28,808 nt of DNA from a virus (lineage: Duplodnaviria > Caudoviricetes), in IMG/VR virus record IMGVR_UViG_3300032291_000398, positions 1-28,808 of that record. One strand, 5' to 3'. The notes beneath the pieces are model-generated. The model was not told the origin of the DNA. It made no database searches and was given only the letters and a program-made list of their open reading frames with translations. The position numbers and the translations under genes are program-made. The stretch's first letter is position 1; each line of letters starts with the position of its first letter. Of this stretch, positions 6,617 through 16,314 are shown piece by piece.

Positions 6617-9600
6617 ATAGCCCAGACATTTCCCTTAGCTTCGGTATGTTGTACGCCAGCAACAGTGCTTTCTCTTGTTCCTGAATCTCTTTTATCTTCT
6701 CTTGTTTTTCACTACCCGATAGCTCTGGGTCAGCCGAGATTATGTTGCGGTACTTGCGTAGATTACTTAACTGCTGCTCTACCTTAGTAGCCACACCCCT
6801 CATAGCGTACAGTTTGAGGTTATCTTCGTTTAAGTACTCATGCAGTTCTTCCACACGGCCTTCACGCTTAAACAAGTTAACTGTATCCACTACCTTATCA
6901 ACAGACTCACGGAATCTATAGAACTCTGACTTGTAGCCACGCCCTGATGGGTCATACATAAACGTACTTATCTGCGGTATTTTATTAATCGGCTTAGAAG
7001 CTCTATTAGGATCGGCAACCGCATCAGTTACGTCTAAAGCAATTGCGCCAATCATACCTGTATACCCACGAATAAGATGGTCTACTTTCATTGGGGAGAC
7101 ACCTACCATACCAAACAACTTGGCAATCTCTGATGTGCCTGAAGTAAACTGCAATGATGGGTCTACGTTCCTCATGGCTTGTCCAACAATAGGATTACCT
7201 GTAAAGAACGAATAGTTCACCATAACTTCAAGCGCAGGTTTAACAGCTTGAGGCATTGCATTCGGTGTGCTGTATGCAGTAATAAAGGCATCACGGAAAC
7301 CACGGAAGAAGTCAGATGCATCTTGTGGGCGCTCAGTACCTTGGCTAACTACGTAATTAATTATACGTTCTGGAATAACCTTGAACATAAACCCAAGCTC
7401 AGGAGCAACAGGCACTTTCAAACCTGTGCCGGGGATGATGTAGTTCTTATCACGCTCGTATTCTTCCAGACCTTTGTAGTCATCGTCATCACCAACCAAC
7501 AATGTATACAACATATTGAGTGCGGCTAATTTGAGACCAGTTCCAAAGAAGAGCATTTGCGCTTGGCGCTTCTCAGCTAATGACACGCCTTTACCTTGCA
7601 TGGTGCGTGTTAAAACATCCATACCTTGGATATACGCATTCATAAAAGGAATCATGTGGCGCATGGTGCGCACGGTAGGATTAGCACCGGCACGTTTAAA
7701 GTTGATGTACTCTTTAGCGCGATATAAAGCTAGGCGTTGGTCACCATCAGGCATTGCGGCTGATTTAGTTTCTGCGATGGTTTGCTCATAGATAGCGGCA
7801 CGAACAGCCAAGTCCGCAGCGGTAGAGAACTGCTCTAACCTATCCCATACCTTTTTAATTTTGCCACGTTCAGCGATACCATATCTTTCACGGGCGCGTC
7901 TAGATACTTGGTCAGGCATACCATCGTACACACCTGTAATACCCAGCGACTGCAAATCAGTTAGTTCGCCACGTAATGCTCTACCAAAGTTTTTAAATAC
8001 TTTAGGCGGTATAGAGAAAGGGTTATTCACACCTGACAACAACATGCCACGATATGTACCGTCCTGCACTAACTGAGACAAAGCAAACGCAGGCATGTGG
8101 GTAATAGCACCACGCAACATATCACCCATGTATTTAAACGAGCTTACAATCGGACCGAGTACCTCTACGTTATTAGAGAAAGCTGACATGTCCAACGGAC
8201 TACCTAGCAAGTAAGCAGTGCGCTCACCGTCTTTATAAGCAAAGATTACTCGGTTCTTGTTGTTCTTTAACTCACGTTTTAATTCATCGTCTGTCTTAAT
8301 CTCTTTAGCATCAGGCAATTGAGTAGCCAGTGCACTAGCTGCACGAGTTTTTAAACCTGTCTTAATAGCCCAGTTAGTCAGACCAATCATGTTATCAAAC
8401 ACGTTAGCGATTTCTTTAGAGCTACCTTCACGGTCTAGCTTAGGCAACTGGGACAGATTAATCAAACCAGTCTTATACATTGCCGGTGCATCATCAAAGG
8501 TATTAACTTCTTCTTCGATACGAGTCCAAGGCACGTAACCTGCATTCTCTTTCCAGTTCTTAGCAGTCTCAGCGTTGATGCGCCCTGTTTGCTGTAGGAA
8601 ATCTACTAAACCATTCTTATAGGCAGTAAACTCTTTAAGTATAGATTTAATTTCTGGGTAGGCTTCCATAGCTTCTAGACCAGCAGCAATCTCTTCAGCC
8701 GATGCACGGATGGTAATTTTTTTCTTCTCTAATGCAGTTGCTGCCTTAATATTCTTTTTAGCTAGAGCCGCGTCTACTTCTTTCTGTACCTCAGCATTGT
8801 GGGCATTAATTTCATTGGCACGATTAGCGATGAGCGCATTGTGCGCAACCTGCACGGCTAACGATACAGAACCTAGCTTATCCCCTAGCTTATGCAACTT
8901 ATCAAAGACACCCTTCATAGTTGGAGCGCCTTCTTTTTTACTAGTCTGCGCTAGTCCGTATTTATTAATCTCGATATTGCCAAGTTCCATGTAGCTTTCA
9001 GCAAGACCAGTAGCATCTTGAGCTTGGTCTACCAACAAGTCAGCACGAACATCGCCCATAGCATTAATTAGGGCGTTATCAAACTCAGCTTGTACCTTTT
9101 CATTTACTGTAGCGTCACTATCCACAAACGCACGACGGAAGCGCGTATAGAGTCCGGGGCCTTCTTTGCGAGTAAAGAAATGGTGTACACCTGCCAAACC
9201 TTTACCAATAACTTCGGCACCATCTTCACGTGGGTTAGAGATACCCTTCATACGTTCATTTAATGCGGCAGCTTTCTTACCCTCAGGCGTTAGGTTCTCT
9301 TCGGTATTTTTTAACTGATAAGAAATCCTACTGTCATTACGGTCGTAGCTACCTGTATTAAATATAGATTTAATCTGCCCCGGATCGTACACAGCTAAAT
9401 TCTTACGTCCGCCTTCTCGCATATAGAAGCCATCAAACCCAGCGGCTTTAATTGCGCTTTGAGTGCGGAAAGATTCAATTTGTTTCCAATTACCTTGTTT
9501 AATAAACGCTATATCGGAAGCATCTAAAGTACCTGTTGCCTGTAGCGTTTTTACATGCTCAGGGTTATCAAAATCAAACGGGTTCTGTGCACTGACGTAG

Positions 9601-12600
9601 ACTGGAATTATATTTGCACGAGACGGCAACGACTCTTTAACCAATGCCCTAAATTCATCTTCAGCACTAGTGCCCTCTCGTTTTGCAATTTTGTTTGCTT
9701 TAGTTTGGAGCGTTATTTTTTCTTCTGGACTAAGGGTATTTATAGCTTCTTTAACCATGTAGTCTTCGGATGAAGACGTATAGCTATCAGCGAACCTAGG
9801 ATCATCAGTTACAAATATAGCACCAGCTTGCTTAGGCTTGAACGAATGAATATCCTGAGCAGTGCCGTGGTACATAATTTTAGGTGTACCATTAGCGTTA
9901 CGTATTACAGAGTTACCAAACCATTTTTTAAAGTTAGCTGATACAGTATCCAGTACCTCCTTCAGCATAGGTTTAGCTTCACCCGTATCCTGCTGCACAT
10001 CTGATATAGGCTGTGCGCCTTCATGTACAGCCTCTAAGTACTCTTTAAATGTTTCATTTGGTAGGTAGCGATTGTTCTTTAAGTTACCAAAGAATGTACG
10101 CAACGCACGGGCTAGACGAGCAAAGAATTGCTCAACCACACCAATTGGTTTTTCGCTTGTTGTAGCCCAGCGGGATACTTGATCTGCATACCATTCATCA
10201 AAACTACGCCAGTAATCTTTAAGATCAGCTGCCATTCTCCCTTCAACAACCCCCGTTCTTTTCGCTGTAGTTTTTGCGCGTAATGCATCTACAAGCTGCC
10301 GTCCTGTCTCACCATGACGGTCTACTAACCACGCATTAAACTCGGTTGTAATTGTTGCCTTTACTGCAGGGCTAGCATTTTGGTATACCTCACGTTCGTG
10401 GATATGACCTATCTCATGCGCCAACGTCTCCAACATAGCAGTTTTGCTAGTGGATTTAGTAAACGATATATAGTATTCGCCTGTTGGTAAACGACGCATC
10501 GAACCAAGCTCATTAGGGTCAAGACCTACAGAACCAATAGCTCTATAAGGACCAGTAAACTTATCTTTGTCCGCACGAGCATCTTCTACGGTAGTTATAT
10601 ATACGTTAGCTTTAATACCCAATAACTTCAACCAACCTTTTGCAATACCTACAAGCTCTTTAGGGGTGCTACCTGATGCAGATACTTGCCCTTGTGTAAA
10701 TGTAGGGAATGGTTTGGACTTATGTTTAGTAGCGTCCTTTGCTTCTAGTTGATCAACTATTTTAGTAAGTTTAGTTTTTTCTTGTGGGGTAATTACATTA
10801 CCTGTGTAGGAACTAACTTGTACGTAACTATGCCAAGCGCCTTTAGCAACTATATGCACAGGTTTTCCAGAGATCACAGAAAACGCACGAATTAATGCAA
10901 GGTCGCCTTCTTGCCAAGCTACAGTACCGCCAAATTCTTTAGCGACTAATTCAGCCTTTGCACGTTGCTCAGGCGTATACTTTTCTTTCTTTGGTGCCTT
11001 GGGGGCTTTAGGAGTTACAGGAGTTACAGGAGCTACAGGAGCTACAGGAGCTATAGAGGTTTTACCCAAGAAGTTAGCAATGTCTGCAGTATCTACATGA
11101 TCATTAATATCCGCTGCGCTATTTACATAAGTAGTAGCTTCACTGCGTTTATAACCATTAGCCATTAACTCGGCGATGGCATCCTTAGCAGTTATCTTTC
11201 CTTCAGGCGGTGGTATTTCTTCAGCTAGTGCAGTTGGCTGTGCGCCTTCTCCAACATCAATTTGTTCAGTAGGTGCTGGAGCAACATCCAATCGTCCGCC
11301 GACAGTTTCTTCAATTCCCGTGGCGGGTGCTTCTTGTCGTTCACCAACCATTGGAGTGCTTTGCTCAGTTGCTCCGGCGTTAGGCTCAATACTTCCGGTG
11401 ACATTTGTAGCCTCCTTCTTAGCACGTGGTTTTCTAGGTTTTCTAAGGTCTAACTCCCCTTGCTCCATAAAGGTAGGAGACTCTAAAAATTTCTGTATAC
11501 CCTCAACCATTTTGGTACTACGGTTAGGGTTATTTGCAAAGTCAGTTAATACTTCTCTTACTTCCGCACGTTGTACAGGATCAGCCAAATCTTTATCTAA
11601 AAGGGCTTCACGTAATTTTTTATTAGTACGTCCAATACCCATTGCTTGGAAATCTGCTTCCGTAACAGGACGAGTTTCTTCTTCAATAGCGACAGCAGGT
11701 GCTTCTAACTGAGGCTGAGGGATATTAGAGGGTTGTAATTGGAAGAACCCACTAGGTTGTGTTTGGTCTGGTAGTAGTAACTCTTGCTGCCCGCCTGCTT
11801 GAGGCTCACCTGTAAATATTTCTGGAGTAGGTTGTGCAGCAAGTGCGTTTGCTTGGTCACGTGCATCCATTTGTAAGAACTGCATCTCGGCAGGAGTAAC
11901 CATCTCACCTGTTGATATACGATTCTGAATGTCGTTTACACGCTCTTGCCTAAACATCTCTACTTGGTCAGGACTCAATGCGCCAGTAGTTTCTTCTTCC
12001 TCACCTAATGCAACACCTTCGCCAGTCTTTTGACGTGGCATCTCTGGCATACCAAAGTCCAGACCCATTTGACCAGCAGCATCTTCTGTACGCTCCGCGC
12101 CTTCCGTCTGCTTAGATATACTTTTAATTTGCTTTTCTAAGTCAGCACGTGCGTCATTGAGCCTATCTGCTTGCTCGAGAATAGCTTGTTTTTGTTCTGG
12201 TGTAGTAGCAGGGGCTTCGTATTGGGATTTAAGTCTATCTACCTCACGCATCAACACGTCGTGCTGCTCACGCATCTGGGTAATAGCTAATAGATTAGCT
12301 CGACGTTGTCCTTCTGTCTCTTCTGCAGCACGATACGGCTCAGGGGGGAGTTTCCCAAACCCAGACATGCCATCATCAAACAACTCACCTTGCGTAGCGG
12401 TAGTGGGAAGTCCGGCAGGGGTAGTGGTAGGTGGGGCAGTAGTAGTTGTGGTACGTGCGCGACGACCTAGAGTAGCGTCTAATAAAAAGCTAGTTAATGC
12501 ACCAGCACCTGCACCGTACGCACCTTCTTCAGCTGCATCGGCAAGAATAGGTTGGTCAGGTTTATATATACCTTTAGCTATAAGGTTTTGAGATACTTTT

Positions 12601-13226
12601 TGTGCGGCTTCAGTAGCACCTTCCACACCGCCACGTAGGAACGCTGTGTAAACTATATTTTTAGCGAACTTAATTTGTGGGGCGACAGTATCTAGTAAGC
12701 CGGGGCCAATACCCAAAGCCGTAGCCAACGCACGATCATCACCTTTTACACCTGCCTCTTCAGCGCGTTCACGTGCTTCACCAGCACCTGCTGCCGTACC
12801 AATACCTGCACTAGCTACTCGACCTGCTACGCCTAAAGGACCAAGTGCAAAGAAAGGTATTGTTGAACCAACAGCTTCACCTAGTTTACGAGATACAGTA
12901 TCTTCGTACCCCAACTCAGGGGCAAACGCTTTTCTTACACCTTCTGCTTTTTTACCTACATACCCACGTACACTTTGCTCCATCTCTTCAGGTAAGAGGG
13001 CAGACGCACCTGTAACAGCAGCTTCGCCTAAGCCAACGGCACCGGGGATTAAACCTTTAAAAAATTCTTTAGTCTGCCCACCAATAGTTGGACCTTCAAC
13101 TAACCTTTTAAATTGCTTAGGAGATAGCCCCTCGATTGCTAAGTACCCATCAATATCTTGAGCAGGCGCATTCTGGCTCACCATGCTCCGTACATTAGCA
13201 ATTATCTGTTCATAGCGAGTTGCCAT
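6615..13226 (-). CDS. Large polyvalent internal virion/ejection protein (2203 aa) with zincin-like metallopeptidase, ADP-ribosyltransferase (ART-PolyVal-like) and C-terminal LPD38-like domains
   Basis: Gly/Ala-rich N-terminus. LAHEIGH (HEIGH at 10404-10418) with downstream DEWYAD. FKKWFGNS...PKIMYHGT...IFVT...IIPVYV...NPFD...GFDG...QIKS (about 9320-9935). C-terminal IPFMNAYIQG...VPVAPELG...NYSFFTGNPIV. Last and largest gene of the virion arm. Confidence 0.82.
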   Translation of the reverse strand: MATRYEQIIANVRSMVSQNAPAQDIDGYLAIEGLSPKQFKRLVEGPTIGGQTKEFFKGLIPGAVGLGEAAVTGASALLPEEMEQSVRGYVGKKAEGVRKAFAPELGYEDTVSRKLGEAVGSTIPFFALGPLGVAGRVASAGIGTAAGAGEARERAEEAGVKGDDRALATALGIGPGLLDTVAPQIKFAKNIVYTAFLRGGVEGATEAAQKVSQNLIAKGIYKPDQPILADAAEEGAYGAGAGALTSFLLDATLGRRARTTTTTAPPTTTPAGLPTTATQGELFDDGMSGFGKLPPEPYRAAEETEGQRRANLLAITQMREQHDVLMREVDRLKSQYEAPATTPEQKQAILEQADRLNDARADLEKQIKSISKQTEGAERTEDAAGQMGLDFGMPEMPRQKTGEGVALGEEEETTGALSPDQVEMFRQERVNDIQNRISTGEMVTPAEMQFLQMDARDQANALAAQPTPEIFTGEPQAGGQQELLLPDQTQPSGFFQLQPSNIPQPQLEAPAVAIEEETRPVTEADFQAMGIGRTNKKLREALLDKDLADPVQRAEVREVLTDFANNPNRSTKMVEGIQKFLESPTFMEQGELDLRKPRKPRAKKEATNVTGSIEPNAGATEQSTPMVGERQEAPATGIEETVGGRLDVAPAPTEQIDVGEGAQPTALAEEIPPPEGKITAKDAIAELMANGYKRSEATTYVNSAADINDHVDTADIANFLGKTSIAPVAPVAPVTPVTPKAPKAPKKEKYTPEQRAKAELVAKEFGGTVAWQEGDLALIRAFSVISGKPVHIVAKGAWHSYVQVSSYTGNVITPQEKTKLTKIVDQLEAKDATKHKSKPFPTFTQGQVSASGSTPKELVGIAKGWLKLLGIKANVYITTVEDARADKDKFTGPYRAIGSVGLDPNELGSMRRLPTGEYYISFTKSTSKTAMLETLAHEIGHIHEREVYQNASPAVKATITTEFNAWLVDRHGETGRQLVDALRAKTTAKRTGVVEGRMAADLKDYWRSFDEWYADQVSRWATTSEKPIGVVEQFFARLARALRTFFGNLKNNRYLPNETFKEYLEAVHEGAQPISDVQQDTGEAKPMLKEVLDTVSANFKKWFGNSVIRNANGTPKIMYHGTAQDIHSFKPKQAGAIFVTDDPRFADSYTSSSEDYMVKEAINTLSPEEKITLQTKANKIAKREGTSAEDEFRALVKESLPSRANIIPVYVSAQNPFDFDNPEHVKTLQATGTLDASDIAFIKQGNWKQIESFRTQSAIKAAGFDGFYMREGGRKNLAVYDPGQIKSIFNTGSYDRNDSRISYQLKNTEENLTPEGKKAAALNERMKGISNPREDGAEVIGKGLAGVHHFFTRKEGPGLYTRFRRAFVDSDATVNEKVQAEFDNALINAMGDVRADLLVDQAQDATGLAESYMELGNIEINKYGLAQTSKKEGAPTMKGVFDKLHKLGDKLGSVSLAVQVAHNALIANRANEINAHNAEVQKEVDAALAKKNIKAATALEKKKITIRASAEEIAAGLEAMEAYPEIKSILKEFTAYKNGLVDFLQQTGRINAETAKNWKENAGYVPWTRIEEEVNTFDDAPAMYKTGLINLSQLPKLDREGSSKEIANVFDNMIGLTNWAIKTGLKTRAASALATQLPDAKEIKTDDELKRELKNNKNRVIFAYKDGERTAYLLGSPLDMSAFSNNVEVLGPIVSSFKYMGDMLRGAITHMPAFALSQLVQDGTYRGMLLSGVNNPFSIPPKVFKNFGRALRGELTDLQSLGITGVYDGMPDQVSRRARERYGIAERGKIKKVWDRLEQFSTAADLAVRAAIYEQTIAETKSAAMPDGDQRLALYRAKEYINFKRAGANPTVRTMRHMIPFMNAYIQGMDVLTRTMQGKGVSLAEKRQAQMLFFGTGLKLAALNMLYTLLVGDDDDYKGLEEYERDKNYIIPGTGLKVPVAPELGFMFKVIPERIINYVVSQGTERPQDASDFFRGFRDAFITAYSTPNAMPQAVKPALEVMVNYSFFTGNPIVGQAMRNVDPSLQFTSGTSEIAKLFGMVGVSPMKVDHLIRGYTGMIGAIALDVTDAVADPNRASKPINKIPQISTFMYDPSGRGYKSEFYRFRESVDKVVDTVNLFKREGRVEELHEYLNEDNLKLYAMRGVATKVEQQLSNLRKYRNIISADPELSGSEKQEKIKEIQEQEKALLLAYNIPKLREMSGL
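11011..11055. repeat. 5 x 9-bp tandem repeat (GGAGYTAYA) encoding an APV/TPV linker
   Basis: ggagttaca ggagttaca ggagctaca ggagctaca ggagctata, translating on the - strand to IAPVAPVAPVTPVTP. Confidence 0.9.
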
Positions 13227-13229
13227 GAA

Positions 13230-14867
13230 TTACCCCCCTGTAAGATCAATACCGTAAGTCTTTTTATAAAAATCCTTAGTAGGCGCAGGGGCAATAGTTT
13301 GGGTACCCCCACCCGGGATGGTAACACCCATCTCAGCAGCCAATCTCTTAGAGAATGCAATAGCATGTGCCTGCAATAGGTCTGGCTTATCTAGATACGC
13401 TGGCTTGTCCGCATTTTTGGCGATATAGTCGCCAGCAGCATCAATCAAAACTTTCTGTCTTTGTACATCTAAGCCTTGTGCTTTTAATGCGGCTGTATAG
13501 TCACGTTGAGTAGCTGCCTGTAATTGAGCGACGTATCTAGAGGTATCAGCTTGCATTTTTGTACCGAATAAGTTTGCTTGAACTTTAGCTTCTTCGGCTC
13601 TAGCGGCATTCTTTGCATCAACGAATTTAGATTCCGCGGCTTCAGCCAATGCTCTTTGGCTGTCACGTTTAGCGATAGCTGCATCAGTACCGGTTTTCTT
13701 AGCTTGGTTATCCGCTATTTCATAAGTTCTAAGACGCTCGTCTAATTTCTCTTCAGCCGCACGTACATCTTTCATAGCGTCTTTGAATGAAGCTAGTCCT
13801 TCTTTAGCGCCTGCACCCAATGCTTCAAATTCACGACCACGTTTAGCGCCCATCAAGCCAACACCTAAGTTCATCAAGAACTCACCTTTAGCTTGTTCCT
13901 TACGTGTACCAAAGTCTTTACGTTTAGCTTCGTCTTTTTCCCCGAATTTTTTGTACATGTCAGGATCATAACCAGCCTTTATGTACGCCTCTCTTTGTTC
14001 TTTAGTAATCTCATCTAATTCTTGAACAGGTTTTGGATTATATTTTTCAACCTCAATCTTACCACTTGGCTCTGTAAGCGCAGGTAGACGTGGACCACCA
14101 ACATTAGCGGATTTATTAGCTGCAGGTTTATCAACTTTAGGAGCAGGGGCAGGAGCAGGAGGTGTATAGAACGGATTAGTTGTGGAACTATTTTGTCTAG
14201 CTAATCTTGCGGTTTCTGCATCGGTTTGATTTGGTGCAGGAACAACTGCAGGTTGATTTAACTGCTTTACAATATTTGCGTATTCTGTTTTGGTTGCGTC
14301 ATTTGGTCGCCCATACAACATTTCTGACTTAAGTTGCTCTGCCCGTTGCTGTAGCTGTTGTTTGTTTTGCGCAGCGGTTATTTGTTCTGGGGTTGCGCGT
14401 TCTGCAAAAAGGCCATACTCATCCATCACTTGTTGGCGCATTAAGTCAGCCGTACCACCTACACCAAAACGAGCAACGCCATCATCAGTATCACCACCAT
14501 CAGCAAACGCAACGATCCCACCACCTGCGTAGTCTTGCTCGTGAACAGGTAAAGATGTAATACCGCCAGTAGCCGCCATTTGAACAGGGGCTTGTGGTGC
14601 AGCTTGTGGAGGCATACCCATCTGTTGTGGCTGCGGTTGCTGAGGTTGTTGCATGCCCATCTGTGGTTGCTGTTGTTGCGGGGCAAGCACGTCTTGCGCT
14701 ACGGTAGTAGTAGGTGGTTTACTATCTTCTTTAGATACACGGTCACGCATCATGCCAGCTAGCATAGCTTTTTGTGGGTCAATCATACCCATCTGCGCCA
14801 TACGACCAAGCTGTTCCTTGGAATATTTAAACGCTAGATTTTTAATTTCATCTATTTGACCGAACAT
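13230..14867 (-). CDS. Putative internal virion/ejection protein (545 aa, Q/P-rich then coiled coil)
   Basis: Lies between the pilot-like gene and the giant protein. Has a YAGGGIVAFADGG motif and a long Ala/Lys/Glu helical region. Function inferred from synteny. Confidence 0.65.
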   Translation of the reverse strand: MFGQIDEIKNLAFKYSKEQLGRMAQMGMIDPQKAMLAGMMRDRVSKEDSKPPTTTVAQDVLAPQQQQPQMGMQQPQQPQPQQMGMPPQAAPQAPVQMAATGGITSLPVHEQDYAGGGIVAFADGGDTDDGVARFGVGGTADLMRQQVMDEYGLFAERATPEQITAAQNKQQLQQRAEQLKSEMLYGRPNDATKTEYANIVKQLNQPAVVPAPNQTDAETARLARQNSSTTNPFYTPPAPAPAPKVDKPAANKSANVGGPRLPALTEPSGKIEVEKYNPKPVQELDEITKEQREAYIKAGYDPDMYKKFGEKDEAKRKDFGTRKEQAKGEFLMNLGVGLMGAKRGREFEALGAGAKEGLASFKDAMKDVRAAEEKLDERLRTYEIADNQAKKTGTDAAIAKRDSQRALAEAAESKFVDAKNAARAEEAKVQANLFGTKMQADTSRYVAQLQAATQRDYTAALKAQGLDVQRQKVLIDAAGDYIAKNADKPAYLDKPDLLQAHAIAFSKRLAAEMGVTIPGGGTQTIAPAPTKDFYKKTYGIDLTGG

Positions 14868-14869
14868 GA

Positions 14870-15844
14870 TTAACCCTTCATTAACTGATCTATTGCTAAT
14901 CTATCTAACCCGTGTGAAACGCTACCACCTTCAGCAAATAGTCCTGCTTGTTTAGCACCTGCATAGGTTAAGGCAGCACCACCTAGTTGAGCACCTAGTG
15001 AAGATGGGGCAGTATATTGTTGCTGCGTTGTTTGTCCTAATGGCACACCACGTAGTATGTCCGACATGAACGATACGTTTTGTCTGTCGTAACCTTTTTG
15101 ATTTAAGAAGTCCTGATACTGCTGCTGTAGTTTTTGTTGCTGTAGGGCTTGCTGCTGTGCGCCAGCATTCATCTGTGCATTCAGGATATCTTTTTGCTGA
15201 CCGAACTGAGTCTGACCTAACTGACCCAAAATCTGAGCGCCTTGCATAGCAGCTTGATTGCCTTGTAGTCCTAATGTAGCCCCAAACTGTTGAGCCTGTT
15301 GAGCTTGTTGGAAAGCATTCTGCATACCTGTGCCATATATGTTGGCGAGGTTCTGACCTAAGTTACGCTGACGCTCTGCATCTAAAATAGCTTGACGACC
15401 ACCACCAAACGCACCTGCTTGTACAGCTTGCGCATTATTCTTTTGCGCCATAATATCAGACTGACGTTGGGCTTCCATCATCTGTGGGTTTAACGCATTC
15501 TGAATATATGGTGACATAAACGCTTGTTGAGCGTACGGGTTTGTAGCTGCCATGTTGTATTGTCTACCAGCGTTCATCGCACCTAGACCGCCCATACCCG
15601 CTAACTGCGTACCAACACCAAGCTGCTGTGAAGGAGCTAAGTTGGCAACACCCTGCATTGCTTGCTGCTGCATCGGGGTAAACCCAGCAATACGCTCACC
15701 GCCATACGCTTGATAAGGCGCACTAGTAAGTGCCTCGGCTTTACCCAGCATGCGTTCAACATACGGTTTAGCGTACTCAGGAATTGATGTCTGAGTAACT
15801 GTTTGGCTTGATGGTGCTGGTGCTGGGGCTGATGATCCGCACAT
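14870..15844 (-). CDS. Putative DNA transfer/pilot ejection protein (324 aa, Q/G/A-rich)
   Basis: MCG start, AGAFGGGRQ motif and a hydrophobic Gly/Ala C-terminal segment. Position is analogous to T7 gp14 or P22 gp7. Confidence 0.65.
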   Translation of the reverse strand: MCGSSAPAPAPSSQTVTQTSIPEYAKPYVERMLGKAEALTSAPYQAYGGERIAGFTPMQQQAMQGVANLAPSQQLGVGTQLAGMGGLGAMNAGRQYNMAATNPYAQQAFMSPYIQNALNPQMMEAQRQSDIMAQKNNAQAVQAGAFGGGRQAILDAERQRNLGQNLANIYGTGMQNAFQQAQQAQQFGATLGLQGNQAAMQGAQILGQLGQTQFGQQKDILNAQMNAGAQQQALQQQKLQQQYQDFLNQKGYDRQNVSFMSDILRGVPLGQTTQQQYTAPSSLGAQLGGAALTYAGAKQAGLFAEGGSVSHGLDRLAIDQLMKG

Positions 15845-15852
15845 AATTTACC

Positions 15853-16314
15853 TCAGAATGTATATATCATTTGCGTTGCTGCTTCTCTGAACCCCATTCG
15901 GCCCCAAAGCTTTGCTACACGCAGGTCTGTCATTGCGGAGACTATTACTCGTTTCACTCCGCGCTCTTTCAATTCTTCTAGAATAACTTTTACTAACTTC
16001 TTACCAACGCCATTACGGTGATCTTTCAATACAAATATCGTATCTTCTTGTGCTATTAAGTCGCCGTTGTGCATATCGCCGGTAATATATACGTTACTAT
16101 ATCCAACGGGTACACCTTCTAATCTAATCAAAAAGGTTAATAAATCTCCTCTTTCTGACGACGCTATATACTGATCCAACCTAGGGTTATACGGTGGATA
16201 ATGAATTCCATCTTTTGCTAATCGTTCGCACATTTCAGAGTAGTGCTGGCGGTATAAAGGTTCAAGTTCATTATACGTCTCCTTGAACCTACCTAGATGG
16301 AATGTATAACTCAT
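15853..16314 (-). CDS. GNAT-family acetyltransferase
   Basis: Acyl-CoA binding motif A IFVLKDHRNGVGKKL and C-terminal LWGRMGF. The start overlaps the upstream stop (ATGA). Confidence 0.85.
   Translation of the reverse strand: MSYTFHLGRFKETYNELEPLYRQHYSEMCERLAKDGIHYPPYNPRLDQYIASSERGDLLTFLIRLEGVPVGYSNVYITGDMHNGDLIAQEDTIFVLKDHRNGVGKKLVKVILEELKERGVKRVIVSAMTDLRVAKLWGRMGFREAATQMIYTF

Noticed and set aside
6455-6787. 110-aa + strand ORF spanning the convergence point
   Set aside because: It runs through the intrinsic terminator, overlaps two other genes and has no recognisable features.
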